DNA of 64,000 nt, from assembly GCA_012295275.1 (NCBI GenBank), contig CM022665.1:34410001-34474000 (forward strand), in the 5' to 3' direction. Below the pieces are notes generated by a model. That model searched no databases. It had not been told where the DNA came from and was given only the letters and a program-made list of their open reading frames with translations. Of the stretch, positions 42,266 through 55,200 are shown piece after piece. Made by a program: the position numbers and the translations under genes. The first letter of the stretch is position 1; every line of letters starts with the position of its first letter. Source of the DNA: Chrysomallon squamiferum. Taxonomy: Eukaryota; Animalia; Mollusca.

Positions 42266-43337
42266 GATGGAGACAAAGATATTGTAATAAGTTTCAGGTA
42301 ACCAATTAGTTTACTGAATGAATGTCAGACTTTGAAAAATGGTGTTATATCATATGCACGAGTACAGTTATTCAAAACAGCAGATGGGGTGGGAAGTTTT
42401 TAAGTAAAAAGGGAGTATTTTCTTTTTATTTAAAATGAAAATATTTTTCAGGATTATCCGACCTCTTCCACAGTACATACGACAACGTAATGATCACATT
42501 TTGTCAAGACAAGATGTTAAGAATGTTAATTCTCCTGACAAAAGTAAAGTCACATTCTTTTGCATGTCAAGTGAGCCATTCCTTAAGGCGCACCTGTCCT
42601 ATTTTGTATGTATGACCCTAAATGTGTATTGACAGCCAATGCAACAGACTTATTCAACAAGTGATTTAAGATGATAAAACCCCATTTCAGTGTATACAGT
42701 ATTTCATTAACTACTCAATGCTTTTGAGAGTGTAATTCTATATAAAGGAAGTTTCAGTCCTATAATTTAGTTTGTACAGAAGGTGATTAAAAGTGAAGTG
42801 ACTGGAAATAAAGGAAATTAGAAACTATTAACTGTTAACAAAATTATCTTCCTTTTCATTCATTTTTGCATTACTGACTCCGAATTATACTATTGTAAAA
42901 ATATCACAGAAAGAAGTTTTGTCACGTAATCATTAATTTGATCAAACTGTCTTCAATGTCTAATTTATCTTTCAAATAGGTATTCACAATGTCAAATTTA
43001 GATAATCATTTTGTAACTAATCTCTCTGGAGTAAAAAGTGAAATAAAAATGTTATATTCTTTTCAGTTTTATGATATTTAATAAAGTAATCTTTAAAAAT
43101 GTAATAATAATAATAATGGTAATAATAGTTGTAACTGTAATGAAAATTATCAACTTAATACAGAACAGAATTAATAAAATTTACTGTATTTACAACCACT
43201 GGTTGAAATCATGTAGGAAATAAATGATCTAATCTGTATGTCAGACAGAAATACTGTTTTACCACTTCTCCATGCACAAAAAACATATTCTATTAATGAA
43301 ATTTTAATACTAGTATAATTTAAAAATTAAAACTAAC

Positions 43338-43415
43338 CTTTACATAACTTGAATGTTCTTTGTCAGAATTGGGACCAGCACAGACAGATCCAACATTTTG
43401 AATTGTAGGTAACAT
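43338..43415 (-). CDS. Candidate alternative RIN first coding exon (MLPTIQNVGSVCAGPNSDKEHSSYVK)
   Basis: aaaATG...AAG|gttagt; phase 0; local CpGs upstream. Confidence 0.42.
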
Positions 43416-46400
43416 TTTAGCCTTAATTAACGCTCTGTTTAATCCAAATGAGTTGTAAATCCCATGCCTGTAATCGATATTACTACAGGTAAATCCATAA
43501 ACTCATGTGGCTGCAGAATGTACTACGTGGTCTGACTACTCCTCCAGCTGGCTGCTCTGAAATTATGAGTGTATAACATGGCTGTCAGACACGGCATCAG
43601 ATTCCAAACAAAATTCTAGTACATTTAGCCAGGGGGTGAGTAACAACCTGTTACAAGGACCACCATTTGGACCGTGCTTCTATGATTGATTTCATTTGTT
43701 AAAATGTATTTCATTGAAGGAAACTGGACATATGGTTTACCCAAACACTAAAGCTTACTATTCCCATGTGTTCCTAATGAATCTGGCTATATAATTCAAA
43801 GTATTTAAACTGAAATAATCAGAATGTACCCAGTTACACATACCATTTAAATCTGCAGTCTTTCAACTGTTTAACAGAGCCCCTGTGATGAGGATAGTTG
43901 CCCGAAATTCCTACCTTTCAGTAACATTATAATTCATTCTTATCTAAATTTGCGGAATAGAAACTGAAAATGTATTAGTCAAGATAAATAGTTTATAGAA
44001 TGACTTAAGTAAATTCTGCAGTATAAGCAAACATAAATAATTCATTTCTGAAGTATATTTTTTTATCTAATACCACATATAGGCATATATAGTTAAAGAG
44101 CTGAAATAAAATGAAACATTATCTGGACACCATGGTAAAGAAATTTCATTTTCATGTTAATTTGGAATAGAGAAGAAATTTTTCTTTTAAAATTCTTAAC
44201 TTCATATACTGAACAAACAAAAATATATTATTTTTTTAATTTTTAAAAGAAAAAGTATATCATTTTATAATTCTAGATCTAGGTCCACAAACATAAATTA
44301 ACCCAGAAAAGGAAATTCACAAATGAAGAAAGTAAGTCAAGCAGCAGCCTAATAATATATCTGTAAGTAGCAAACAACCTGTTATATAAGCGATCAGCTT
44401 ACCCTTATACACAGCATTAAGAGTGTAACCTGTGAAATAAAACAGTACAAAAGATTTTACATAGCTGGGCCACAATGACCTAAAATAGTTCAACTTGAGG
44501 CTTGAGGCTGAGAGATCTATCCTCTCATAAAAAACAGGTGGCTCAAAACTGTCACATAACAACAAAGAAGCATTCAGTTATTGTGCACCCCATTGTTTTT
44601 TGTTCGTCCAAACTTTTCCATTTTTAGAAATGTCATTAAATATATTCTGAATTAATAGAGCACTTAATTCTGATTCTAACACATACTGAAACTGTGTGAA
44701 GTGTATATTCAACATAGAAGCAAATTATATATTTCTAATTACTAATAAAGTTTGCTTCTTTCTACATATAATTTTAACAAGTTCAGTTGCATATAACCCA
44801 GTGAATATTGTATGACTAAATGAATGTTTTTAAATACCTTAATATATTTTAATATTTAATAAACATTAGTAGCTACATATATACATATGTACATTAAAGG
44901 CATTTTTTAAAATTTTACTGGAAGTGACATAGTCCTTGGCAAGACTTTTGAAGTGATCTGACAGTCAGTTAAAGGATTAATACAAGATTAATAAAATATA
45001 ATTGTACTATGTTATTTAATGATTCATTTTTTTTTTTTGGAATGGATCAAGTTATACTGATTAATTTATGGGAAATGATAGCTTATAATTTCAGCATGAA
45101 TGTAAAATGATAATCAATACACAATTTAATTTGATATCAGAAAATAAAAAACACTATGTAGCTTGACACATTATGAAAAAAAAAAAAAAATAATAATAAT
45201 AATAATAATAAAGATAAAATAAAATCACATTTTTCTTCTTTTTGTTATTCTTTGTTTTTCAAAGTAAAGCAATATATTTGCCAACTCTACAAACTGTATG
45301 TAATCTGTAAAAACAACAAATATGATATAAAATAAAAAAGGCATTAAATGCTGACATACAACTCATGAAGTATGATGGTTTTATCACTTTAGAAAACCCC
45401 ATATACCTAAACAATAAACAGAAGAACAGGAAAAAATATAAAACAGAAACAAGTAAAGAAAGGAATATAATAAAGTCTTGTTGTTTTTTTTGTGTTTTCT
45501 TTTACAAAATCTAATTAAAATAATATGTATGTATGTAACTGTATGTGACTATATGTATGTATGTATATAAAACACAATTAAAATTCCTTTTTAAAAATTA
45601 AAATAACACAAAATAAACATTCATATATAAATAAAAGCAAACCATTCCTATCACCAACTAAAAAATATAACAATAACATAAACAACAAAGATTTTGTTAC
45701 CAACCAGATAATTACATTTTTATTTTATTCATTTGACTGAAAATGTGGCCATTTAATCCACTGCTGGTTCACCATGGCAAATAATGCTACAAAATATATG
45801 TACATTTTTTTTCATTACTGTAACCTTAACTAGGAATAGAAAGCTTTGACTGCATTAATAGTATTAGGATAAAACTTTTTTTTTTAACCATTATAGATTA
45901 AAAGTATTTAATATGATACACAAGTTAATTCCATAGAACATATATATAGCCAACCTTTTCAAAATGTTACATGTTGCTGTTAGTAATCACATATTTTTTC
46001 ACAAACTGAACATTATAGCTGAATAAAAAAGAAAAAATTAATTTAATTTTCTTCCTGATGAACTTAAAAGAAAAGAAGTGACCTGAAAACTAAAATGTGA
46101 GCTAAGACTACACATAAATCAATTCTTGTTGCTTAAACAGACTGTGTAGGTAAGAATAAATCAGCCAGCCACCTGGAGCAGTTTAATTGGCCACCGTAAC
46201 AAAAAACTTGAAGAAAAAAAAAGAATTATCAAGTCCTTGAAAGTCTTATAACCAGATAATTTAATCATCTTTCAGATTAAAAAGGTGCCCATAAACTACT
46301 TTAACCTTTTTCAAGATAAACTGATGAGTATATCATAACATTTTTTTATCAAAATCCCACATTATAATTTTCCCCTGCTACATTTGTGCTAATTGATTTT

Positions 46401-47357
46401 ATAAATTATTTAATAAATGCTTAACTGTTGGACTGAAACTAAAAGATAATATTAAATCATGATTATTGGACACTGATGAATAATCTATTTCAAAACCAAT
46501 TATTTTATTAAACTAGAAAAAGACAACCTATAAATCAAAATTGGTCTATGTTTTCTTCAAACAAATAAAGAGTAACTGGATACACTAAGTTTATAGATAA
46601 CACAATATATATGCAAGCATGCAAACACACCTGCAAAATTTGGTACCTTAACTGTTTTATAAAAACAACATAAGCCAATATCCTTTTGAACATAAAACAT
46701 CCATCTATATTGATCAAGCTATGTCACACAAAACTAGCATTAATCCTGACCAGAGCTAAACTCTGATGTTATAAAATATAATGCAGGTGGCTGGAGGCTA
46801 CAGAATTACTCCCATTCTTTTACAACTAAAAATATCATGATTCACCTTTGACAGTAAAACTATTCACATTAACTGAAGGTTTTCTAAGCTGATTATCTTC
46901 AAGTTTATTTTCACAGTGACCCCCACTACTAGCATTTAAAAGAGGAGATATTTTATTATGTTGAAAATCAATGTTCTCTGTTCCATAAAGAAGGTCATGT
47001 AAAATAACATGAATATAACATGTAAATATTGCAATAATAATGTAACACAAATATGTTTCTTTAGAAATGTATTACAAAAAAAATAAAATAATAATAACAA
47101 CCTTAGTAGCTAAGCTAATATGTATTAAAGTACACTTCTCTTTTCCTCTGTCAAAAAATAAATAACAGGAATATAATATTTTTGTTTTGTTTATAAATGA
47201 ATCATTAACATATTCATAAATTTCTTTTAATAATTTTTTTTTTTTTTCTCCTGCCTATTATAACAAAGGATAATAAAATATAAAATAAAAATACTTATAT
47301 GTCTCATAAAATTCTATGTTCATAAGAAAAATGAAATTGGTTCATAAAACCTTTGTA

Positions 47358-48915
47358 TTAAGCAAATATTTCATTATTTTCATCACCAAATAAGTCAAAA
47401 CATTTTATATTATTGGACAGCTTTTCTGAAACAGGTGAAATACCAGAAACGCTTCTACTTGGAAACTTCTTAAGTCTAGATCTTTGTAATATTTGTCTCT
47501 TAGAAAATTTACAAAGTCTGTTGCCATTGTTTCTTAACCTTTTATGACACACATCATCTTTCAAACCTGGAACAACTTGCTCAAGTAAGCAATTCACTGA
47601 AATTAAATAAAGAATGATTGAAAGCTTTGGTCAAAATATTTTTTATTTAATTATTATTATTAAGACACAAAAAAATAAGAATAAAAAAAAAAATTAAAAA
47701 AAAAAAAAAAAAAATAAAAAATAATAAAAAATATCAAGAGAATTTTGTTTCTAAACTTTAACATTAAATTATTTTTCCTTAATTAGCTATTAGAAATTTA
47801 AGTTCTTTATGATAAAAGTTGGTATGAATTAGATGTCATTTTTAAGCTATTTTCATTTATTTGCTTTATTTCCAAACATTTAAAAAAATTTAAAATAATT
47901 AAATAATAATATCAAATACTATCAGCCTTCAAGTATCTTCATAATTTTGTTACGATACTGTCATTCTCTAATATTATTTATCATGTGGATACAAGTAAAT
48001 GTGTTGCATTTTTGTTCACTGGCACTTTATCCTAAACATTTGTTATTTCATATATACTTCACATTTTTTCCATTAATTTCAAGCCCTCATAAAGTTATTG
48101 AATTTTATTTTTTTATTTTTATTTTTTTGCAAAGAACCAGTTTTATATTATATGAATATAGATGGACATTAAACTAAAATAGAAAGAAAAAAAAAGAAAA
48201 AAGAAAGAAAGAAAAAAATATATATATAATTATATTTCTTAATAACCAGTTTCAGTGAATAAATTTTTCAGAATGTTCTTACTTGGAGACACTGAAGCAA
48301 TCTCAGATGTTTGTGGGGATAAACAGTGTACTAATCTCTTTAAGCCTAATGCAATATCTGGTGATTTCTTTGTTGAATTTCTTTCTGTTGTAAACGAAAA
48401 TGTTATATGAGGTGTTGTGGGCACTCTGTTATCTGAGGTGACATCTAAAAACAATATTGTAATTATATTTCTTATAATTACTTTTGTTCAAATTAATAAT
48501 CAATTAATATTCACTGATAGAGAGAAAATAAAAATAAAAACAATGTTTAAAAAAAATCAAATCAAATAAATAATGGTTTTCAATGATGTTTTGGTAATCA
48601 ACTGCATTCTTTGATGAATTTGTTTTCTGGCATTTGGTATAATTTATATTTTTTAAGAAATGGTTTCATTCATAGTAATAAAATAACAACTTGATTTAAA
48701 TAATAATAATTTATTTTTCTAATTTTATCTAAGAAATAAATGTTATGATACTTCAAATATTTGTCTATCTACATTATTTAAAACACTATACCTTCACCTT
48801 CTGTTTGGAATTGTGGAACTTCTGCTTCAGGTGATTTCCACTGACACTGGTAAAAACAGCAGGGAGTAGAAGGTACATGCTGGTAGGGTGAATCAGTGCT
48901 TGAGAAAGATGCCAT
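47358..48915 (-). CDS. Uncharacterised Ser/Thr-Pro-rich protein, about 174 aa; join(48915..48792, 48444..48283, 47596..47358)
   Basis: acaaATGG start; phase-1 junctions GAA G|gtatag, ttag|AT, CCA A|gtaaga (alternative donor at 48247) and ttcag|TG. Gives MASFSSTDSP...KCFDLFGDENNEIFA*. Probable 5' UTR exon ends at 50905 (CAG|gtac). Confidence 0.65.
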
Positions 48916-49045
48916 TTGTTTAATTTAATCTGCTGAATATTACAAAGTTCCTGTGTAATAATAAAATTAAGAACAGTTGCATTACCATTTATAATATGAA
49001 GACTCATAAATTATCCAGTTCTATGAGGTGCAAAACAGAATAGAA

Positions 49046-49047
<2 letters not shown>

Positions 49048-49094
<47 letters not shown>
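49048..49094. repeat. Poly(A) run (poly-T on the minus strand, before an acceptor at 49020)
   Basis: 47 consecutive A. Confidence 0.9.
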
Positions 49095-49096
<2 letters not shown>

Positions 49097-50399
49097 TTTT
49101 ACATATCATTACTTAAATTATAATTATATCCAAGTATTTGAATCATTCAAAAAAAAATTATGATAATAAAAGTAAATCTGAATAAAAACTATCAGAAAAT
49201 ATGAAACACATTCTCATCAGAATGGATAAAGAGAACTGACCTTGTTCTTTTTTTAAAAAGATTTTAGAAAATAATCCTCTTCCATAACGTAAAGTGAAAG
49301 GTATAATAAAGTGCAATGCTAGAACCATTCAGGATAACTTCATAGGATATTGCACACATTAATCGAGTAATCTAATAATATCTTTTTCTATAGCAGTTTT
49401 CTGTTGTAATAGTTCTTTAGTTACCACTCAAACAAGGACCAGCTTAGTTGCTGGAGCACAACACCCAAGAGTTTTACTTTAATGTTTTTGACTTTGTAAC
49501 AAATATCTCTCTGAGGTCCTGTAGAACTAGTTGTTATAGGCCCTATAGAAATCTATTTCCAATATTTTAGTATTCCTGTTATTATTTATATTTGTCTTTC
49601 ATAGATTTCTTTCTTTTTTTAAATTTCATATTACAATATCAAATATTTGTTCATTGATTTACTGACTGTAATACACAATTCCTATTTCATTGGTATGGGA
49701 ATACTTAAGAATTTACCGTTTTCTTTTCTTTTTTGACAGGCAAAAGTTATGCTTATACATATTGAATATATTTATCGCTATTTGTGAATAACTGTAAAAC
49801 TGACACAGTATACCAAATAATTTTATTACCAAGAAAAATAATAATAAATGAATAATAATTAGAATAATTCAACTGCAGTAAACACTGCATATAATTACTG
49901 GACTCAACAACAATGGATGGAATGAAAAGACCTGATTTTTCTGTAATGTTATTCCAATAAATTATCATCATCAGTAATGGATTTTGTAGATCAGATAATC
50001 ATGTATTTTGGACATAATATCTGTGTCCCATTTGAGTTTATTTCCATTAAAATAGTATAGTGGATAATCAGGACTTGTATTAGATGATCACTGAGCTTTG
50101 AAAGGGATTTGGAAATGATACACATTTGCTGAATGTTTAGTTGGCAGGTAGATTACAGCTCATGCCATTTCATAAGCGGCATTGAGAACCCTACTACAAA
50201 AAATGTTGGGCACAGATAAACATGTATCATCAAATTTGGTGAAGAGCATTGTCACAAATAATGAGTAACATTCTTTGTAATAAGGTTCAGATAATCCTTG
50301 TCATCAAAAATCCAGATAGAGCTGCATACAGTCCAAGCAGATTTCTAACAAAAACATGGATGATGCCATCTTACTGTGATTGTGTCACTTTGCAATTCA

Positions 50400-50690
50400 T
50401 TAGGCAAAAAGTGCATGGCTGAAAAGTGTCAAAAGTTAGGGTAACTGTATGGCCAATGCCAATATGAATGGCTTGGACAAACTGACTTTGTTTATCATTA
50501 GGAAAAGTCAGAACCCACATGCTTTCGAAGACGAACAGTGTCTACCAACATATTACATAACATGGCTATAACAATAAAGCTTTGATGATGAATGTTCTAT
50601 TTGAGGACTGGCATAAAAACCTTGATTTTCAAGTGGGGTTGGTAAATCAGAAGATATGCATGATCATTAACAACTGTAATCATATATCTG
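50400..50690 (+). mobile_element. Decayed pogo/Tigger (TIGD4/6-like) DDE transposase fragment
   Basis: Frameshifted translation KCH..KVSKVRVTV..ANMNGLDKLTLFIIRKSQNPHAF...LPTYY...NKALMMNVLFEDWHKNLD...QKICMIINNCNH follows the DDE_1 pattern KSKERLTV..ANMDGSEKL..IGK..NPRCF..KAWMT..F..W..LD..KILL.VDNC.AH. Confidence 0.8.
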
Positions 50691-50904
50691 ATAAGCCCTT
50701 TGTTCCAAAAGCCCCTTCCTGTTGATGATCAGGAGGTACCACCGCAATCATTTCTGCTCACAATACATAAATATTTATAAATGTTTTATTTCATACATTT
50801 TATTCTAATATACAGTAATATATATATATGTGTGTGTTTGTTTTCAAGCTGTATTAATTTTAATGTTCAAAATAAGATTTCATTTATTCTATGAAATAAT
50901 GTAC

Positions 50905-51610
50905 CTGATCCTATCACTTGTGCTACTCTGTAGATGTTACCAATGCAGCTGACGAAGGCTGCGTCTAAGTATACATCGGATAACGTCCGTTTTGCATGCT
51001 AGTCGGATTTTATCTGGGCTATACATGTCTAGGTACATATCGGACATCGATGTCCACTTGAATTCGATATATGCGAGGTTTATTGTACAATATTTAATAA
51101 CAATAACACTACAACAAGAAGAATATATTTTTAAGCTGTTACACTCAAATAATTTGTTCTCTGACTCTTTATCATCTGTGGCATTCAGAACCCGCCTACA
51201 AAACAAAGACAAAACTCGCACTCACTCAATTCATCCTTTATCCTCGTGTAATAAAATCATGTATCTTTACTAACTGGAATAATTATGTATAGAATCCAGA
51301 TTAAATTTATGGTGACAGATATGGATTGTTTCTGTGCATAATATAAAATTAATTTTAAGAACTGAAATTTTCTTACAGCGATCTTGCATTGTTACTTTTT
51401 TTTATCTTTACTCTTAAGGTCAATACATCAAAGTTAACATAGCGCTAAAACAGATACGTCTGCACATTGACCAATCAGTTATTTCGATACAAATTATGCA
51501 TCCAGTCTCTTGTGAAAAATAATCACCGATGCCAATAAAGAAAAGATTACTCTGCCAAGATGTAGTAGGAAGGCGTTTGTGTAAACAATGATGTCAAAGG
51601 CAAGATATCT
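50905..51610. promoter_or_regulatory. CpG-rich bidirectional promoter region
   Basis: CpGs reappear locally between two divergent genes; CCAAT at 51471 and 51532; MYB-type TAACTG at 51271 and on the minus strand at 51476-51481. Confidence 0.6.
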
Positions 51611-51978
51611 AAATTAAAATGTTTAGGATATTAAAAACACTAACATCAACAAATAGCATTAGTATTTAACATTTTGACTATTTCTGTTAGTCATAAAAAA
51701 ATAATAATGCGTTTCAATAAAAAATTAAGTTTTTATAAGAATTTTATATAACTGTCAAATCATTATAAGGATATTTCATTAAGAAAATAATTAAAAGTAA
51801 TTTTGTTTTAAACAAATCAGAAATATCCGAAGTAAATATACAAACTGTTGTAATAAAAAAACGGTAGAACATATTTTAATATTTCTAGCATCAAGATAAT
51901 TATTAATTATCGAGTGCAGTCATTTAAATAACTTTATTTATTTTTTATTTTATTTTATTTTTTTAAAATTTATTTATA

Positions 51979-51982
<4 letters not shown>

Positions 51983-52040
<58 letters not shown>
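51983..52040. repeat. (ATT)n microsatellite
   Basis: Perfect ATT run. Confidence 0.95.
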
Positions 52041-52043
<3 letters not shown>

Positions 52044-52290
52044 TATGATCAACTAATCATTGCTTGTAAATAACATTATAAATATTGTTTTGTAAACGTT
52101 ATAGAACATAAACAACAGAGAAATTCATTTTCTATATTGATTTATTGTTTTAAAATAAAATTTCTATACTTATTTTGTGTGTAGTGGGGGGTGGGGTTTG
52201 TTTAAAAATTGTTTTATCTTAATTTTATTATTACAAGCCTTTGATAATAATCATGTTTTTTTTTTTAATTTTCATGTTTCAGGTTTAGAA

Positions 52291-55200
52291 ATGCAAACAT
52301 ATTCCAGCAGAAAACCAAAATTTTGGAAAAACAAATATGATGATATTTTTGATTCAGTTGCTGGTTTGCTTTGGCTTTTATTTTTATTTATAAATCTTTT
52401 TTTTTTTCCTTCTTCATTTCTTTGCAGATATCACCAAAATTTACTAATTTTATTACACTGAGAAAGAATTATAAAAACTAAGGTGTGAACAGATTTTAAC
52501 TGAAATATTTGGTTGTTTTCACTATTAAAACAATGTGTTTTGCTTTCATTTTTGCCTTAATTTGAAATTGATAGGTGTTAAATAATTTTGCAGGTTTTAA
52601 GTTAGGTTTTAAGATAAATGTTTTTAATTCAACCTTTTGTTTAAATAGCTCCTAAAGCAAAGCAGCTGTTTGTGGAATCCTGGTTGAGACAGCTTCCTGA
52701 CAGAATGGAACCAAACATTGAAATCTTGCGAGATGATGTATGCAAGTCACGTAAGGCATTGTATTTTGGAGAATGTTTTTTTTTTATCAAGTAGCCTATA
52801 CACATTACATTAATAAATACAGTTAATCTTGAATAAGAATAAAATACAGTTAATGAAGAAGGAAACATTTTGATGTTTTCTTGCACAATTTGAATATTAA
52901 AAAAGACAAAGCAAATAATTTGTTTTCAAATACTAAACATTTAAACATAAAATGAAAGTTGAAGTGATAATATTTTTAGAAAATATTTTTGAATGTGAGT
53001 TTAGTCAAATCATGCTAGGTTGGTATTCAGCAGAAATATAATTGAGGTAAAAAGTTTTAAAAGAAATATTATGTCTGATATCTTCCTAAGGAAAAATGTT
53101 AAAGACATTATCTATGCCGAATAAAGATAATGAAAAAAAATCAAAAAAGAATAAGTGATAATTTAACTGAAAACTAAAATACACCATATGACATTCTTAT
53201 TTTTTACAAACTGTTTAAACTGAAAATAATATTTATGAAAAATTAAAGTATATCTTAATGTATAAAACAAATCTAATAATCATTTCACAGAATACATAAA
53301 GTACTTAACACCTTAATTGGTAGAAACCTAGCAAATTGTAGTTAGTAAATATCTGCTTAGTATGAAAAAAAAAAGGTATATAAAAAAACAACTCATCTGT
53401 AAAAGGAGGAATAGGTATATAACACACATATCCATGTCTATTCTTCAATTTTATTTACTGTTAGAAATGCAAATGAACCTTTATAATTTCAGTAAAAAGG
53501 TTCATTTTATCTATTTTGTTTGGCTATTTATTTAGGACTTGATAGGAAACCTTCAGGCAGCTCCATTACAGATGTTATTGATGTTAATTCCATACTTCCA
53601 GGAAAGGAATACAGAAAATTTAATAAACCAGATATTTGTAAGTATAACATTGCTGTTGAAGATAACTGCTAAAGGAAGATTTGTATTTTTCATTTCTATA
53701 ATTCTGTGTAAAACAGTAATGTGTGATAAGCACTTGAAAAAGCATTATTAATTAATATCTGATATCTTGTAATGAAAGATGACAAATACATGACAGACTG
53801 ATGGATATAACATATTTGCTGTTGATCAACTGACTGATAGTGAAAATAAATACATTTACATTAGGTTTTCTGTTTTAATATTGTAAATTGTATGAATTAA
53901 TTGTTATGCTTATTAAAAAAGATGAAGTATTTTTAAATTGTTGAATTTGGGTTAATCATTAACCTGAATAATTCCAGTAATTATAGCTAAAATTTAATTA
54001 TGTTTTTAGATAAAACTGTTATAAGCAAACCAAGACTTCCAACACCAATACCAAATATATCAATTAGTCAAACAGCTGAAAACAACACAACTGAGGGTAA
54101 AACAGAAATATCAGACTTAATAAGCACACAGATAACTGAATCTGTGATCAGTGATGACAAGCATGACACATCTGATGAAACTGATGATGTTGAAATCTCA
54201 CATATATACACATGGACCACAGCATCAACCACACCATCTTCTGAAAGTGAGTTTATTATGTCTCAGTCACAGCTTCATAAAAAGAAAATAAACTAAACAG
54301 CATCAAAACTACCTCAAAAAATATTTCTAAAATGAAAAATAAACTAAAGAAGTCAAACTAAATTGTATTGTTCAGTTTGTTGATTGATTGAACATCTCTG
54401 TTTACAATTATTTAATCACTAATAAGAAGTATTTTGTACATTAAATTATAGCATATGAAGAAATATTAAATATTACAAACTTAATATGATATCAATATTG
54501 TATGAATTAATTGTTGTTGCTTATTAAAAAAGATGAAATATCAGTACTGAAAGGAGATGTGAAACTATTTTATATTAATTTTATTGTTTTAAAGCAAGAC
54601 TGTCATCTATTATTTTTCTGTTGCATTCCTAAGTGGAATTCTAATTTATTTTTGTGGTCACAAATTTTTAAATATATACTTTACCATGATTGGAATAAAC
54701 TGATAAATTGTATAGGAAATATGTGATGTATATTTCATTGTTTTATGGTTAAATACATTTTACTGAAACTGTTAGGTAAAATACATGAAGAATCATCAAA
54801 AGAGAAAAAACATTTTGGGAAAGTGTCAACAACAAGTATTCACTGGAAAACACTGAGGAAAAAAGTGTTGAATTCCACAGCAAAGAATGATGCAAAAAAT
54901 ATAGAATCTGTGAACTTCTCTCAAAATTTTTCTTATATTCAGAATCATGATACTGAGTGTGGTAATAACATATAAATTGTTTTTCTATTTACATATGAAT
55001 AGTTTCATTTTAAAAATTACTTAAAATTACTGTTTAAATTACAATTTAAATTTAACCTATCTTTTAAATAAATATTGTATCAAATATTGGATAGAGATTG
55101 TGAAACTGTTTCATATTAATTTTATTGTTTTAAATTAAGACTGTCATCTGATATTCATCTGTTTCATTTCTCAGTTGAATTCTTATTTATTTTTGTGGTC

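Noticed and set aside
43885-43968. C/D-box-like GTGATGA...CTGA
   Set aside because: Antisense to the local gene, with no terminal stem or rRNA guide sequence seen
48786-49007. 73-aa ORF from the track as the first exon of the small gene
   Set aside because: Its frame ends in phase 0 and does not join the next exon; the MASFSS frame does
53539-53751. 70-aa ORF-track frame for this exon
   Set aside because: The shifted frame (LDRKPSGSS...) is the one phase-compatible with the following exon
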